In this document: positions 8,798 through 19,079 of the stretch, piece after piece | Position numbering within the stretch: the first letter of the stretch is position 1 | Layout: the number at the start of each line of letters is the position of its first letter | Source of the DNA: Terriglobia bacterium | Lineage (GTDB): Bacteria > Acidobacteriota > Terriglobia > 2-12-FULL-54-10 | Length of the DNA: 64,000 nucleotides | Reading direction: 5' to 3' | Assembly (NCBI GenBank): GCA_963666975.2 | Contig: CAXVYR010000004.1 | Location: forward strand, 800,001 to 864,000 | Notes under the pieces: generated by a model | What the model saw: only the letters and a program-made list of their open reading frames with translations | Told to the model about the DNA's origin: nothing | The model's database searches: none | Position numbers and translations under genes: made by a program

Positions 8798-8849
8798 TGT
8801 AGCTCCGGTGTCGCTCTGGTGTAGCACTAGTTTAGCTCTGGCGTAGCCC
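8798..8849. repeat. 11-bp-period degenerate direct repeats (TGTAGCTCTGG-like x4.7)
   Basis: TGTAGCTCCGG / TGTCGCTCTGG / TGTAGCACTAG / TTTAGCTCTGG / CGTAGCCC in tandem. Confidence 0.65.
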
Positions 8850-9055
8850 AATCCCGCTGGAAGCCTGTTGAGCCCCTGAATCGCCCAATTCCATAACAAA
8901 ATATATCCTGACGACGACCAAAACAGTCATAATGGACAGGTTCTTGGCGGTCGCGGCGCGGCACGAGCAGGAATGGAGGTTTCGACCCTGTTCCGCCCGA
9001 GCGCCTGAGCCCGAACGCTTAAGAAAGCGAAGGAACGAAAAGGGAGGGATTGAAT

Positions 9056-9565
9056 ATGCAGCCTTTGTATGACCCGGAAGCCGTTCGGCCGATGTGGGAG
9101 GAACTGGCGCAATGTGGTGTCACATCGCTCAAAACGGTTGCTGACGTGGATGGCGTTCTGGCCATGCCTGGAACGGCGCTTGTTGTCGTGAACTCTGTCT
9201 GTGGCTGTGCCGCAGGCTCCGCCCGTCCGGGGGTTACCCACGCGCTCCAAAGCGCGGTCATCCCGGATCACTTGACCACCGTTTTTGCAGGAGTCGACCG
9301 GGAGGCGACCGAGTACGCCCGCGAGCGCATGCCCGAGGTGCAGCCGTCATCGCCGTCAGTCGCCCTGTTCAAGGACGGCAAGCTTGTTTACGCGCTCGAG
9401 CGGCGGCACATCGAGCGCATGAATGTCGATGAGATTGCGGGAGAGCTCGAGAAGGCTTTCCGTCAGCATTGCACCCGCAAGGGGCCATCCGTGCCTCCCG
9501 AGGTTTACGAGGAGGTAGCGCACGCGCGGCAGTGCGGATCGCAGATACCGGGGTTTAGAGGCTGA
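9056..9565 (+). CDS. BrxA/BrxB-family bacilliredoxin
   Basis: VVNSVCGCAAGSARPG, TVFAGVDREAT, PSSPSVALFKDG and RHIE are YphP/YqiW-family motifs. Confidence 0.9.
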   Translation: MQPLYDPEAVRPMWEELAQCGVTSLKTVADVDGVLAMPGTALVVVNSVCGCAAGSARPGVTHALQSAVIPDHLTTVFAGVDREATEYARERMPEVQPSSPSVALFKDGKLVYALERRHIERMNVDEIAGELEKAFRQHCTRKGPSVPPEVYEEVAHARQCGSQIPGFRG

Positions 9566-9948
9566 TACCAAGCCGTGGTCACGCGGAAGACAGCGTTCTC
9601 CATACGAAAGAGTTCCCGAGGAGCGGCGTCCTGCCGCCAGGGAGCTTGGTAGTACATTCCGCCGAGCCGGTAGTAGATAGACTCAAAATAACGCTCCCAA
9701 ACGATGTTCCTCGAAATTTCCGGCAGCGATAAGAAAAGTGTTTCTTCGCCTGTCGCGGGGCTATAGAGGCGCAACTCACAACTCGGGGGAGTACACTTCC
9801 CTTCGGAAACCGAGACGTTGCTTAAGTAAAACACTCGGCTGCCGTCATCGCGGCGGTTGTTGCTTGGTCCTTCCGTTGGGTTTGTGCCGGCACACCCGAA
9901 CAGCGACAGAAATAGCAGGATAACTGTCCCTTGCTTCATATTTCGCAT
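9505..9948 (-). CDS. Hypothetical lipoprotein, probably truncated
   Basis: Signal peptide ending LSLFG-C (lipobox); the 3' end overlaps the convergent bacilliredoxin gene. Confidence 0.4.
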   Translation of the reverse strand: MRNMKQGTVILLFLSLFGCAGTNPTEGPSNNRRDDGSRVFYLSNVSVSEGKCTPPSCELRLYSPATGEETLFLSLPEISRNIVWERYFESIYYRLGGMYYQAPWRQDAAPRELFRMENAVFRVTTAWYQPLNPGICDPHCRACATSS

Positions 9949-10053
9949 CACCTTTGCTTTGCGGATCAAGAGATTTAGGATAACGCTTCGCTCGCCGGTG
10001 GTGGGACGCCACTTTCTGCTATACTCCCCCAATTGCTGAAAGGGCGGACCTCA

Positions 10054-10818
10054 ATGAACAGAATAGCCGTGGCTGGTGGTCTGGCGTATCTGGTGTTTGG
10101 AATCGCCTTCTTCTTGCCCGCCCGCGCCGCCCAGCAAGTATCGGACGACGAGCCGCGATATTCGGACGGGACAAACCTTATTCTTCCGACCGATTATCGT
10201 GAGTGGCCGTTTCTCGGTTCTGGGCTCGGCATGACGTATGACCCGGCACCCGGTTTACAGTCTTCGGCGCCTCAGATGTTCACAAATGTGTTTGTGAATC
10301 CATCCTCGTATCGTAGTTTCATGCGAACTGGCAAATGGCCGGACAAAACGGTCTTCATCCTTGAATTCCGCGGCTCAAGTAGCGAGGCGTCCATTAACAA
10401 GGCCGGGCGATTTCAGACAGGTCTTCACGGCCTCGAAGCTAATGTGAAAGATTCGCGATTTCCCGATGGGTGGGCATTCTTCAATTTTGGGAACAAAGAT
10501 GTAGCGCAGCCCCTTTCCGGCGAAACCCTTGCTGGATGTGTTGAGTGTCACACGAAGCACACGGCTGTGGAGCGTACATTTGTGCAGTTTTATCCAACAC
10601 ATTTCCCGATGGGTGGGCATTCTTCAATTTTGGGAACAAAGATTAGCGCAGCCCCTTTCCGGCGAAACCCTTGCTGGATGTGTTGAGTGTCACACGAAGC
10701 ACACGGCTGTGGAGCGTACATTTGTGCAGTTTTATCCAACACTCCTTGAGGTTGCTCGCCCATGGGTACACTGAAACCCGGTTTTGAGAATGCCGGGACA
10801 GAGAACCGACCGGATTAA
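10054..10818 (+). pseudogene. Cytochrome P460 / c'-beta family protein disrupted by an internal tandem duplication and frameshifts
   Basis: Signal peptide, LILPTDYREW.FLG, NVFVNP, heme motif CVECH and FVQFYP; 10458-10600 is duplicated at 10601-10742. Confidence 0.8.
10458..10742. repeat. 143/142-bp tandem duplication
   Basis: The two copies match apart from one deleted G (GATGTAGCG vs GATTAGCG). Confidence 0.95.
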
Positions 10819-10957
10819 GGGTAGCTTTCCGCCAAGCAAAACCCCTTTCAAGCCAAAAGACCCCATTACCCGCTAGGCTTTCGATGGAACCGCCCAGCGG
10901 GGCCGGTGTATACTGAAAAGTTCATTGGAATTTCTGCTTGGTAATTGGGGAGGACTC

Positions 10958-12271
10958 GTGGGAGAAAACCAGAATGAGGCGCGCATGTCCCGGCATTTGG
11001 CGGAGGTTGACCCGGAGGTTGCCGAGGCCATTGAGCAGGAAACCGAGCGGCAGCATGCTCATTTGGAGCTGATCGCCAGCGAGAACTTTGTCTCCCAGGC
11101 GGTGCTCGATGCCATGGGGTCGGTCTTCACCAACAAGTATGCGGAAGGGTATCCCGGGCGGCGCTACTATGGAGGCTGCGAGTGGGCCGACCGCGTGGAG
11201 AACCTGGCCATTGAGCGCGCCAAGGAGCTGTTTGGAGCCGAGCACGCCAACGTGCAGCCGCACGCCGGCAGCCAAGCCAACATGGCCGCATACGCCGCCT
11301 TGTTGCAGCCCGGCGACATGATCTTCGGCATGGACCTCTCCCACGGCGGACATCTGACTCATGGCCATCCTTTGAACTTTTCCGGAAAAACCTACACCAT
11401 CGTGCCTTACGGCGTCAGCCGGGAGACGGAGACGATTGACTACGACGGCCTGGAGAAGCTGGCGGAAGAGAAGCGTCCCAAGATGATCGTCGCCGGCGCC
11501 ACGGCCTATCCGCGCATCATCGATTTTCCCCGCCTGCGGCAGATCTGCGACCGGGTGGGAGCGCTTTTGCTGGTGGACATGGCCCATTTCGCCGGGCTGG
11601 TGGCGGCCGGAGTCCATCCCAGCCCCGTCCCGCACGCCGATGTCGTCACCACCACCACGCACAAAACGCTGCGGGGCCCGCGCGCGGGCATGATTCTTTG
11701 CAAAACTGAGCACGCCAAGGCGATCAACAAGACGGTCTTTCCAGGAATGCAGGGCGGCCCGCTGGTTCACATGATCGCCGCCAAGGCGGTCTGTTTCCGG
11801 GAGGCGATGCAGCCGGAGTTCCGCGACTACCAGCGGCAGATTGCCGCCAACGCCCGCGCGCTGGCCGATACGCTGATGCAGGAAGGCTTTCACGTGGTCT
11901 CGAACGGAACCGACACGCACCTGATGCTGGTGGATGTGTTTTCCAAAGGCGTCCGCGGCAAGGAGGCCGAGATCGCCTTGCAGAGCGCCCACATGACGGT
12001 GAACCGGAACACCATTCCCTTCGACACCAACCCGCCGCTGAATCCCAGCGGCATCCGCGTCGGCACCCCGGCCGTGACCACCCGCGGCATGAAAGAACCG
12101 GAGATGAAAAAAATCGGCGCGTGGATCGCCGAGGCGCTGCGGAATCCTGCCGATGAGGCGCGGCTCGCCGGGCTTCGCCAGCAGGTGCTGCAACTGGCCG
12201 GGGAGTTTCCTCTTTACCGGTGGCATGTTCCGCAGGTCCGGGGCGCAACCCTCGCGCGAGCCCCGCAGTAA
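10958..12271 (+). CDS. glyA: Serine hydroxymethyltransferase
   Basis: [44 protein letters not shown]; GTG start after GGAGG. Confidence 0.97.
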   Translation: MGENQNEARMSRHLAEVDPEVAEAIEQETERQHAHLELIASENFVSQAVLDAMGSVFTNKYAEGYPGRRYYGGCEWADRVENLAIERAKELFGAEHANVQPHAGSQANMAAYAALLQPGDMIFGMDLSHGGHLTHGHPLNFSGKTYTIVPYGVSRETETIDYDGLEKLAEEKRPKMIVAGATAYPRIIDFPRLRQICDRVGALLLVDMAHFAGLVAAGVHPSPVPHADVVTTTTHKTLRGPRAGMILCKTEHAKAINKTVFPGMQGGPLVHMIAAKAVCFREAMQPEFRDYQRQIAANARALADTLMQEGFHVVSNGTDTHLMLVDVFSKGVRGKEAEIALQSAHMTVNRNTIPFDTNPPLNPSGIRVGTPAVTTRGMKEPEMKKIGAWIAEALRNPADEARLAGLRQQVLQLAGEFPLYRWHVPQVRGATLARAPQ

Positions 12272-12338
12272 CAGAGTGTGCCCGCAGCCTGCGGGCATGC
12301 TTGCATTCCACGCACAGTCGCAACCAGGCAGGGCGTTT

Positions 12339-13460
12339 ATGAGGATCGCAATCGACATCCGCAGAATTCAGGACTTTGGTGTCGGCACCTACATTCGCAA
12401 CCTGGTGAAAACGCTTGCCGGCAAGGATAAAAAGAATTACTACATCCTGCTGGGAGACGAAGAAAAAGCCTCCGCCGTTGTCTCCCTGCCGGAAAATTTC
12501 CAGGTTTTGCACTGGGATAAGCCCCGGGATTCTTGGCGGATACACCTGCAGTTGCACCGCTTGCTCCAGGAACATCCCGCCGACGTTTTGCATATCCCTT
12601 ATATGCGGGCTGCTCCCCTGGTGCCTTGCCGGTATGTGATTACCGTTCACGACATCGCTGATTTTTTCTACAACTCCCGCGGGGGCCTGAAGCAGAATCT
12701 GCGGTGGCGAATGGTGCGCCGGGGTTTGGCGCATGCCCGGCACATTATGGCGGTTTCCCATGCCACCAAGAGGGATTTGGAAAACCTGTTTGAGATTCCC
12801 TCCCGGCAGATCACCGTTGTGGAGAATGCCATTGACGAGCGCTTCACCCAGAGCGGCCGCCGGGATGAGCAGCGCCTGATTCTGGAACGATACCAGGTCA
12901 ACTATCCGTTCTTGCTCTACGTAGGCAACGTCAAACCGCAAAAAAATATTCCGCGCTTGATCGAGGCGTTTGCCGTGTTGAAGGGAACGCTGCGGAATCA
13001 CCCCGTCTATCGCGACCTGCGGCTGGTCATCATTGGAGACGAGTTGAGCGAGCACCCCGATCTGCGGCGCACCGTCATTCGGACGCGCGTGCAAAACGAC
13101 GTGCGCTTCCTGGGTTTTGTTCCGGTGGAGACTCTAAGGGTTTTCTACCAGTCGGCGGAGGTTTTTGTATTCCCCTCGCTGTATGAGGGCTTCGGGCTGC
13201 CGCCGCTGGAGGCGATGGCGCAGGGCACGCCCGTGGTGACCTCCAACGTCTCCTCGCTGCCGGAGGTAGTCGGGGAGGCGGCTGTGCTGGTGCACCCGGA
13301 GAATGTTTTCGATATCGCTCGCGGAGTGGAACAGGTGCTGCTGCAGGAGGGACTGCGGGAGGAACTTCGTAGCCGGGGGAAACGGCAACTGGAACGGTTT
13401 AGCTGGGAACGGTCGGTCGAGCGGGTATTGCAGATCTACGCCGCAGCGGCGGAGGGGTAA
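12339..13460 (+). CDS. GT4-family glycosyltransferase
   Basis: GVGTYIRNL, YVGNVKPQKN, FPSLYEGFGLPPLEAMA. Confidence 0.92.
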   Translation: MRIAIDIRRIQDFGVGTYIRNLVKTLAGKDKKNYYILLGDEEKASAVVSLPENFQVLHWDKPRDSWRIHLQLHRLLQEHPADVLHIPYMRAAPLVPCRYVITVHDIADFFYNSRGGLKQNLRWRMVRRGLAHARHIMAVSHATKRDLENLFEIPSRQITVVENAIDERFTQSGRRDEQRLILERYQVNYPFLLYVGNVKPQKNIPRLIEAFAVLKGTLRNHPVYRDLRLVIIGDELSEHPDLRRTVIRTRVQNDVRFLGFVPVETLRVFYQSAEVFVFPSLYEGFGLPPLEAMAQGTPVVTSNVSSLPEVVGEAAVLVHPENVFDIARGVEQVLLQEGLREELRSRGKRQLERFSWERSVERVLQIYAAAAEG

Positions 13461-13509
13461 TCGCCGTCCGCGCCGGGCACTTCGATGGGAGGAATATCCA
13501 CCCCGTAAC

Positions 13510-14655
13510 ATGCAGTATTTTGAGTTTCGGGTAATCCACCGGGACCGTAACACAAAGGCGCGGACCGGGCTTCTGACGACTCCCCACGGCACGGTGGAGA
13601 CACCGGTCTTTATGCCGGTGGGCACGCTCGGAACCGTCAAGGGTCTGTCGCAGCAAAACCTGGAGGAGCTGGACGCCTCCATCATCCTGGCCAACACCTA
13701 TCACCTCTATCTCCGGCCCGGCCCGGACCTGATCCGGGAGATGGGCGGGCTGCATCGGTTTATTTCCTGGGACCGTCCGATTCTCACCGACAGCGGCGGA
13801 TATCAAGTATTCAGCCTCAGCACGCTCCGGAAGGTCAGCGAGGAAGGGGTGGAGTTTCGCTCGCACCTGGACGGCTCGCTGCATCTTTTGTCCCCCGAGC
13901 GTGTTATGGAGATCCAGGACGCCCTGGGATCGGACATCCGGATGGCGCTGGATGAGTGCACCGAATTCCCGGCCGGGCCGGCGGAGGCGGAAAAGTCGAT
14001 GGAACGGACGCTCCGGTGGGCGGAGCGGTCCAAGCGTGCATGGCAGCGCACGCCCCATTCGGATGGAGAAGGACCGGCGGGAGCTTTATTTGGCATCGTG
14101 CAGGGAGGCACTCACGCGCGGTTGCGCCGTCAATGCGCCTCCCGGCTGGTGGAGATGGATTTGCCCGGCTACGCCATCGGGGGCCTTTCGGTCGGCGAAG
14201 CCCGGCCACAGACCTTGGATATGGTGGCGGCCTCGGAGGAATGCCTGCCGGAGGATAAGCCGCGGTACGTGATGGGCGCAGGACTGCCCGAGGAGCTGGC
14301 CCACTACGTCGCCAGCGGCGTGGATATGATGGATTGCGTGCTGCCCACACGGAACGGCCGCAACGGCTGCTTGTTTACTTCTGAAGGGAAAATAAACATC
14401 CGCCAGGCCCGCTATGCGCGCGACACTCGGCCCGCCGATGAGGCCTGCGGCTGTCCGGTTTGCCGCCGCTATTCCAGGGCCTATTTGCGCCATCTATTCG
14501 TTACGGATGAGATGCTTGGAAGGATTTTGAACAGCTACCATAACGTCTATTTTTATCTTGACACGATGCAAAGGATTCGGCATTCTATCGCGTCCGGTGA
14601 CTTTACTCCTTCCCTTTTTGATTTCAGCTCACGGTTGCGAGGGGACGCTCCGTAA
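13510..14655 (+). CDS. tgt: tRNA-guanine(34) transglycosylase
   Basis: TPVFMPVGT, NTYHL, TDSGGYQ, GIVQGG, DCVLPTR, zinc site CGCPVC. Confidence 0.97.
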   Translation: MQYFEFRVIHRDRNTKARTGLLTTPHGTVETPVFMPVGTLGTVKGLSQQNLEELDASIILANTYHLYLRPGPDLIREMGGLHRFISWDRPILTDSGGYQVFSLSTLRKVSEEGVEFRSHLDGSLHLLSPERVMEIQDALGSDIRMALDECTEFPAGPAEAEKSMERTLRWAERSKRAWQRTPHSDGEGPAGALFGIVQGGTHARLRRQCASRLVEMDLPGYAIGGLSVGEARPQTLDMVAASEECLPEDKPRYVMGAGLPEELAHYVASGVDMMDCVLPTRNGRNGCLFTSEGKINIRQARYARDTRPADEACGCPVCRRYSRAYLRHLFVTDEMLGRILNSYHNVYFYLDTMQRIRHSIASGDFTPSLFDFSSRLRGDAP

Positions 14656-14739
14656 CCGATATCAGAGTTGTGGTTCGGGTGTGCGTGCCTGGGAAGGGGA
14701 ATAAAGGGTAATAATAATGGGGAATAAAGGATAATAATA

Positions 14740-15063
14740 ATGAAGTTGGCAACGGCAATTTTTCTTTGGCAGGCAGGGGGGGCGACTAATCCGCTGGTGA
14801 GTTTCCTGCCGATTATAGCGATTTTTGCGATCTTTTACTTCCTCCTGTTCTTGCCGAACCAAAAACGCAAAAAAGAGCAGCAACAAATGTGGGCGGACCT
14901 GAAGAACGGCGACCGGGTCGTCACCAACGGCGGTATTCGGGGTACAATCATAAGTGTTAAGGACGAAGTCGTCGTGTTGCGGGTGCCTCCGGAGCAAGTG
15001 AAATTGGAACTGTCACGCAACGCGGTGGCGGAGAAACAGGCTCCACCCGAGGAACAAAAATAG
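14740..15063 (+). CDS. yajC: Preprotein translocase subunit YajC
   Basis: Single TM, FYFLL..P..K, LKNGDRVVTNGGIRG; lies between tgt and secD. Confidence 0.95.
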   Translation: MKLATAIFLWQAGGATNPLVSFLPIIAIFAIFYFLLFLPNQKRKKEQQQMWADLKNGDRVVTNGGIRGTIISVKDEVVVLRVPPEQVKLELSRNAVAEKQAPPEEQK

Positions 15064-15172
15064 CAAGACGCTGCTCCAGTTTGTGAGAGGAACCGGCGCG
15101 GGCCGGGAGTGGTTTTGAGCCCCGCCCAGCGAGTCCATTAGGATCTATAGGGTCTATGAGGAAATTCCAGAG

Positions 15173-16789
15173 ATGAACCGTAATTTGTGGAAGAAGGCTG
15201 TTTTTATCGGGGCGGTTGTGCTGGTCTCGATATTCGGAATCATTGGCTTGCCCACTAGTTGGGAATCGTTGCAGGCGAATTTGCAGGATAACATCCGCCT
15301 GGGCCTGGACCTCCGGGGAGGGACGCACTTGGTCCTGCAGGTGAGGGTGAACGACGCCGTCAACGCCGAGACCGACCAAACCATTGAACGCCTGAAAACG
15401 GCTCTCGACCGGGAGCAAATCGATTACGGCGGGATCACTCCCATAACAGCCGCCGACGTGATGGACGACGGCGGAATCCTGGTTCAAGGGATTCCGGTGG
15501 AGCAGGCTGCCGCCTTCCGTGATACCGTCGGGCTCAACGAGCTGAACTGGGCTGTCCGGCAGGTCGAGCCCGGCTCCTACGAAATGACTGTACGAGCTTC
15601 CGCATTGAAGGTTATTCGCGACCAGGCCTTGCGGCAATCCATAGAGACCATACGGAACCGTGTGGATGGTTTAGGTGTCAGCGAGCCTACCATACAGGAG
15701 CGTGGCCGGGGAGAGTATGAAATCCTGGTGCAGTTGCCCGGTGTAAAGGACCCGAACCGTGTGAAAGATATTATACAGACCACGGCCCTGCTGGAAATCA
15801 AAGCGGTGAGAAGCGGCCCGTATCCCTCCCGCGAGGCGGGTTTGGCGCAAAACTCGGGCATTTTGCCGGCCGGCACGGAACTGTTGGAGTCTGCGGTCAA
15901 GACGGAAGGCGCCGGTCCGGACGATGAAGAGTGGTATCTGGTAGCGCGGGCGTCTGTCGTTACCGGCCGGGATTTGCGCAATGCCCGGGTGGGCCGTGAT
16001 GAGAACAACCTTCCGGAAGTCGACTTCACTCTGAGCAGCGACGGCGGTGTCCGGTTCGGCAATTTTACGGAAAATAACATCGGGAACCCCCTGGCGGTCG
16101 TCTTGGACGACAGGATCCAATCCGTCGCGACGATCCAAAGCCGCATCACGGATTCCGGCCGCATCATGGGCAGCTATACCCTGCAAGAGGCCAATGACCT
16201 TGCCTTGGTCCTCCGTGCCGGGGCGCTGCCGGCCTCGATGCGTTATTTGGAGGAGCGCACGGTAGGGCCGTCGCTGGGGGCCGATTCTATCCGGTCCGGC
16301 TTGCTGGCCTCCCTGGCGGGGTTGCTGGGGGTGATCTGCTTTATGTTGATCTATTACCGGCTGGCGGGGATCAACGCCATTGTCGCCCTCCTGCTCAACC
16401 TCATCCTTTTGATGGCGGCGCTGGCCTATGCCGGGGCGACGCTGACTTTGCCGGGGATCGCCGGCGTGATACTCATCATCGGCATGGCCGTGGATGCCAA
16501 TGTGCTGATCTTTGAGCGGATCCGGGAGGAGTTGCGCACCGGCAAGACCGTCGTCTCCAGCGTCGATGCAGGTTTCCACAAGGCGTTTTTAACCATCATC
16601 GACACGAACCTGACGACCCTGATCGCGGCTTTCTTCCTTTTCTTGTTTGGGACCGGCCCCGTGAAGGGTTTTGCTGTCACGCTGAGTATCGGCTTGGTGG
16701 CGAATGTCTTCACAGCCGTTTTTGTTTCCCGGGTGATCTTTGATTATATTCTTTCGCGCAAACCGCGTCAGGCTGCTCTCAGTATTTGA
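15173..16789 (+). CDS. secD: Protein translocase subunit SecD
   Basis: LGLDLRGG, RNRVDGLGVSEP, VGPSLG, GMAVDANVLIFERIREE. Confidence 0.97.
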   Translation: MNRNLWKKAVFIGAVVLVSIFGIIGLPTSWESLQANLQDNIRLGLDLRGGTHLVLQVRVNDAVNAETDQTIERLKTALDREQIDYGGITPITAADVMDDGGILVQGIPVEQAAAFRDTVGLNELNWAVRQVEPGSYEMTVRASALKVIRDQALRQSIETIRNRVDGLGVSEPTIQERGRGEYEILVQLPGVKDPNRVKDIIQTTALLEIKAVRSGPYPSREAGLAQNSGILPAGTELLESAVKTEGAGPDDEEWYLVARASVVTGRDLRNARVGRDENNLPEVDFTLSSDGGVRFGNFTENNIGNPLAVVLDDRIQSVATIQSRITDSGRIMGSYTLQEANDLALVLRAGALPASMRYLEERTVGPSLGADSIRSGLLASLAGLLGVICFMLIYYRLAGINAIVALLLNLILLMAALAYAGATLTLPGIAGVILIIGMAVDANVLIFERIREELRTGKTVVSSVDAGFHKAFLTIIDTNLTTLIAAFFLFLFGTGPVKGFAVTLSIGLVANVFTAVFVSRVIFDYILSRKPRQAALSI

Positions 16790-16912
16790 ATGAGCAGCAA
16801 AAAAAGAGGGTGCAGGAGCCGGAACTTTTGGCTATAGTACGGTGTCCAAACAAAAGGAGACAGCCCGGCTTCAGGGCGGGTAAAGCAGTTTTCCAGGTCC
16901 AGTAATCGCCAG

Positions 16913-17908
16913 ATGGAATTATTTCGGAACCCAAATATTAACTGGATCGGCAAGAAATGGCCCTTGCTTGGCCTTTCCGTTGTTTTGAGCGTGACAGGCT
17001 TGGTTTCGCTCTTTGCGAAGGGAGGCCCGCGATACGGAATCGACTTTAAGGGCGGCACTCTGGTCCACCTCCAGTTTCAGGAGCAGCCGTCGCTGGAGCG
17101 CATTCGTTCCGCCCTGCGATCGCAAGAGCTGGGTAACAGCACGCTGCAGCAGTACGGGCCGGAAGCTGACCATGAGATCCTGATCGGGCTGGATTTGGAG
17201 GCCACCAGCGAAGAGGACCTGGACGCAGGCAGAAGCGCTATCATCAACGCACTGAGCCAGGAATTTGGAGGAGAAGCCGGTTTTGAAGTGCGCAATGTCG
17301 AGTTGGTGGGCCCCAAAGTCGGAGCCGCATTGCGGCGCCAAGCGTTGAATGCAACCCTGCTGGCGCTGGCCAGCATGCTGATCTACATAGGAATTCGGTT
17401 TGAATGGATTTACGGTGTTGCAGCAGTCCTGGCCGTGTTTCACGATGTGATTATTACGGTCGGCTTTCTGTCGCTCGCGGACAGAGAGATCACCCTGACC
17501 GTGATCGCCGCTTTGCTGACGCTGGTAGGATTCTCCGTGAATGATACGATCGTGGTGTTTGACCGCATGCGCGAAAATGTGAAGTTGATGCGACGGGAGA
17601 GGATTAGCGAGATCGCCAATCGGAGCATCAACCAGACCCTCAGCCGGACGGTTCTTACCAGCGGTCTCACGTTTATCACGGTGCTGGCCTTGTTCGTTTT
17701 TGGAGGAGAGGTGCTGCGGGGGTTTTCCTTCACCTTGGTTGTGGGAGTCCTGGTGGGCACCTATTCTTCCATCGCCATCGGAAGCACGCTGGTCGTGAGC
17801 TGGCAGGAGTATGGGAGCCGTGTCCGGCGTCCGGGGAAGGCGGTTGCCCTCGAAAGGGACCGGGGCAAAGCAAAGCGCCCCAAGCTCGGAGCGGGCGCAA
17901 AGGTATGA
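16913..17908 (+). CDS. secF: Protein translocase subunit SecF
   Basis: GIDFKGG, VGPKVG, HDV, GFSVNDTIVVFDRMRE, QTLSRT. Confidence 0.97.
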   Translation: MELFRNPNINWIGKKWPLLGLSVVLSVTGLVSLFAKGGPRYGIDFKGGTLVHLQFQEQPSLERIRSALRSQELGNSTLQQYGPEADHEILIGLDLEATSEEDLDAGRSAIINALSQEFGGEAGFEVRNVELVGPKVGAALRRQALNATLLALASMLIYIGIRFEWIYGVAAVLAVFHDVIITVGFLSLADREITLTVIAALLTLVGFSVNDTIVVFDRMRENVKLMRRERISEIANRSINQTLSRTVLTSGLTFITVLALFVFGGEVLRGFSFTLVVGVLVGTYSSIAIGSTLVVSWQEYGSRVRRPGKAVALERDRGKAKRPKLGAGAKV

Positions 17909-18203
17909 ATCCTGCCGGGCGGAGAAATTGTGGCAGGGGGGGTTGAAATGGAGGGCAAACTTAGGTACCCTGTGTGCATTAAATCGAAACATGTTTCCCC
18001 CTGTTCGGATGCAGGGTAGGGTTATGTGTTTTCATCTATAAATTTTATTTATGAAGACAATTAGAATTATCGGTTGTATAATTCGCCACTTCGATCATTT
18101 ATTATGTACGGCTTGGTTCTGTAAATTGCGCGCCGTTCCACCCATTGGTTTGAACGGAAACACTTACGTTCCCTCTTTCAGGGAACGCAGGGAGCATTGA
18201 GAT

Positions 18204-18932
18204 ATGTTTGAAGACAGTATTTTGGATTACGGAGGCAGGGGAAAGACAAAGAAACCCATTACGGTGATTGTTTCCTTTTTGGGACAGTGCCTCATGCTGG
18301 GAATCATGGTCTTGATTCCTTTGATCTACACGGAGGCTCTTCCGCAAGCCCAGTTAATGACCTTTCTGATGGCCCCGCCGCCCCCGCCGCCCCCGCCCCC
18401 GCCGCCTCCGAAGGTTGCACCGAGGGTGCAGGTAAGGCCCAGGCCCCAGCCGCAAGAGATGGTTCAACCCACGGCGATCCCCAAACAGGTAGCCATGATT
18501 AAAGAGGATCCTCGGCCACCTCCGGGTCCGGTTGGCGGAGTCATCGGAGGTATCGCCGGCGGCGCTCTCGGAGGGCCTGGAGGGGTTTTGGGAGGGATGA
18601 TCGGCGCGGCCCCGCCGCCGCCGCCTCCTCCTCCTCCCCCCGCCGCCCCCATCCGTGTGGGTGGCCAGGTAGCGTCTGCTAGGTTGTTGAACCAAACCAG
18701 GCCGGTGTATCCTCCGCTCGCCAGGCAGGCTCGAATACAGGGTACGGTCCGCCTGGAGGCAATCATCAGCAGGGACGGGACGATTGAGAATTTGGAGGTC
18801 GTGAGCGGCCACCCATTGTTGATTCAGGCGGCCTTGACCGCGGTGCGCACATGGCGTTACCAGCCCACTTTGCTGAATGGGGTGCCTGTGGAAGTTATTA
18901 CCACGATCGACGTCAACTTCACGATGCGATAG
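18204..18932 (+). CDS. tonB: TonB-family energy transducer
   Basis: N-terminal TM, Pro-rich linker, C-terminal PVYPPLARQARIQGTV...WRYQP. Confidence 0.9.
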   Translation: MFEDSILDYGGRGKTKKPITVIVSFLGQCLMLGIMVLIPLIYTEALPQAQLMTFLMAPPPPPPPPPPPPKVAPRVQVRPRPQPQEMVQPTAIPKQVAMIKEDPRPPPGPVGGVIGGIAGGALGGPGGVLGGMIGAAPPPPPPPPPPAAPIRVGGQVASARLLNQTRPVYPPLARQARIQGTVRLEAIISRDGTIENLEVVSGHPLLIQAALTAVRTWRYQPTLLNGVPVEVITTIDVNFTMR

Positions 18933-19079
18933 GAGCGACAGACCTTTAGTGCCTGATGAAAGGCACAAAAGGGAAGAGCACGAACCGAGATTGCATCCGG
19001 GCTTCTGGCGCGATGAGGCCGGATGAGATTTTGTGAAAGAAAAATCGAACTACATCGTTGTTAGGAGGGAGAATCAAAA

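Noticed and set aside
18040-18090. AT-rich tract upstream of tonB as a Fur box
   Set aside because: GACAAT..ATTATC spacing does not fit the 19-bp Fur consensus.
18370-18650. C-rich low-complexity runs
   Set aside because: They are explained by the poly-proline linkers of TonB.
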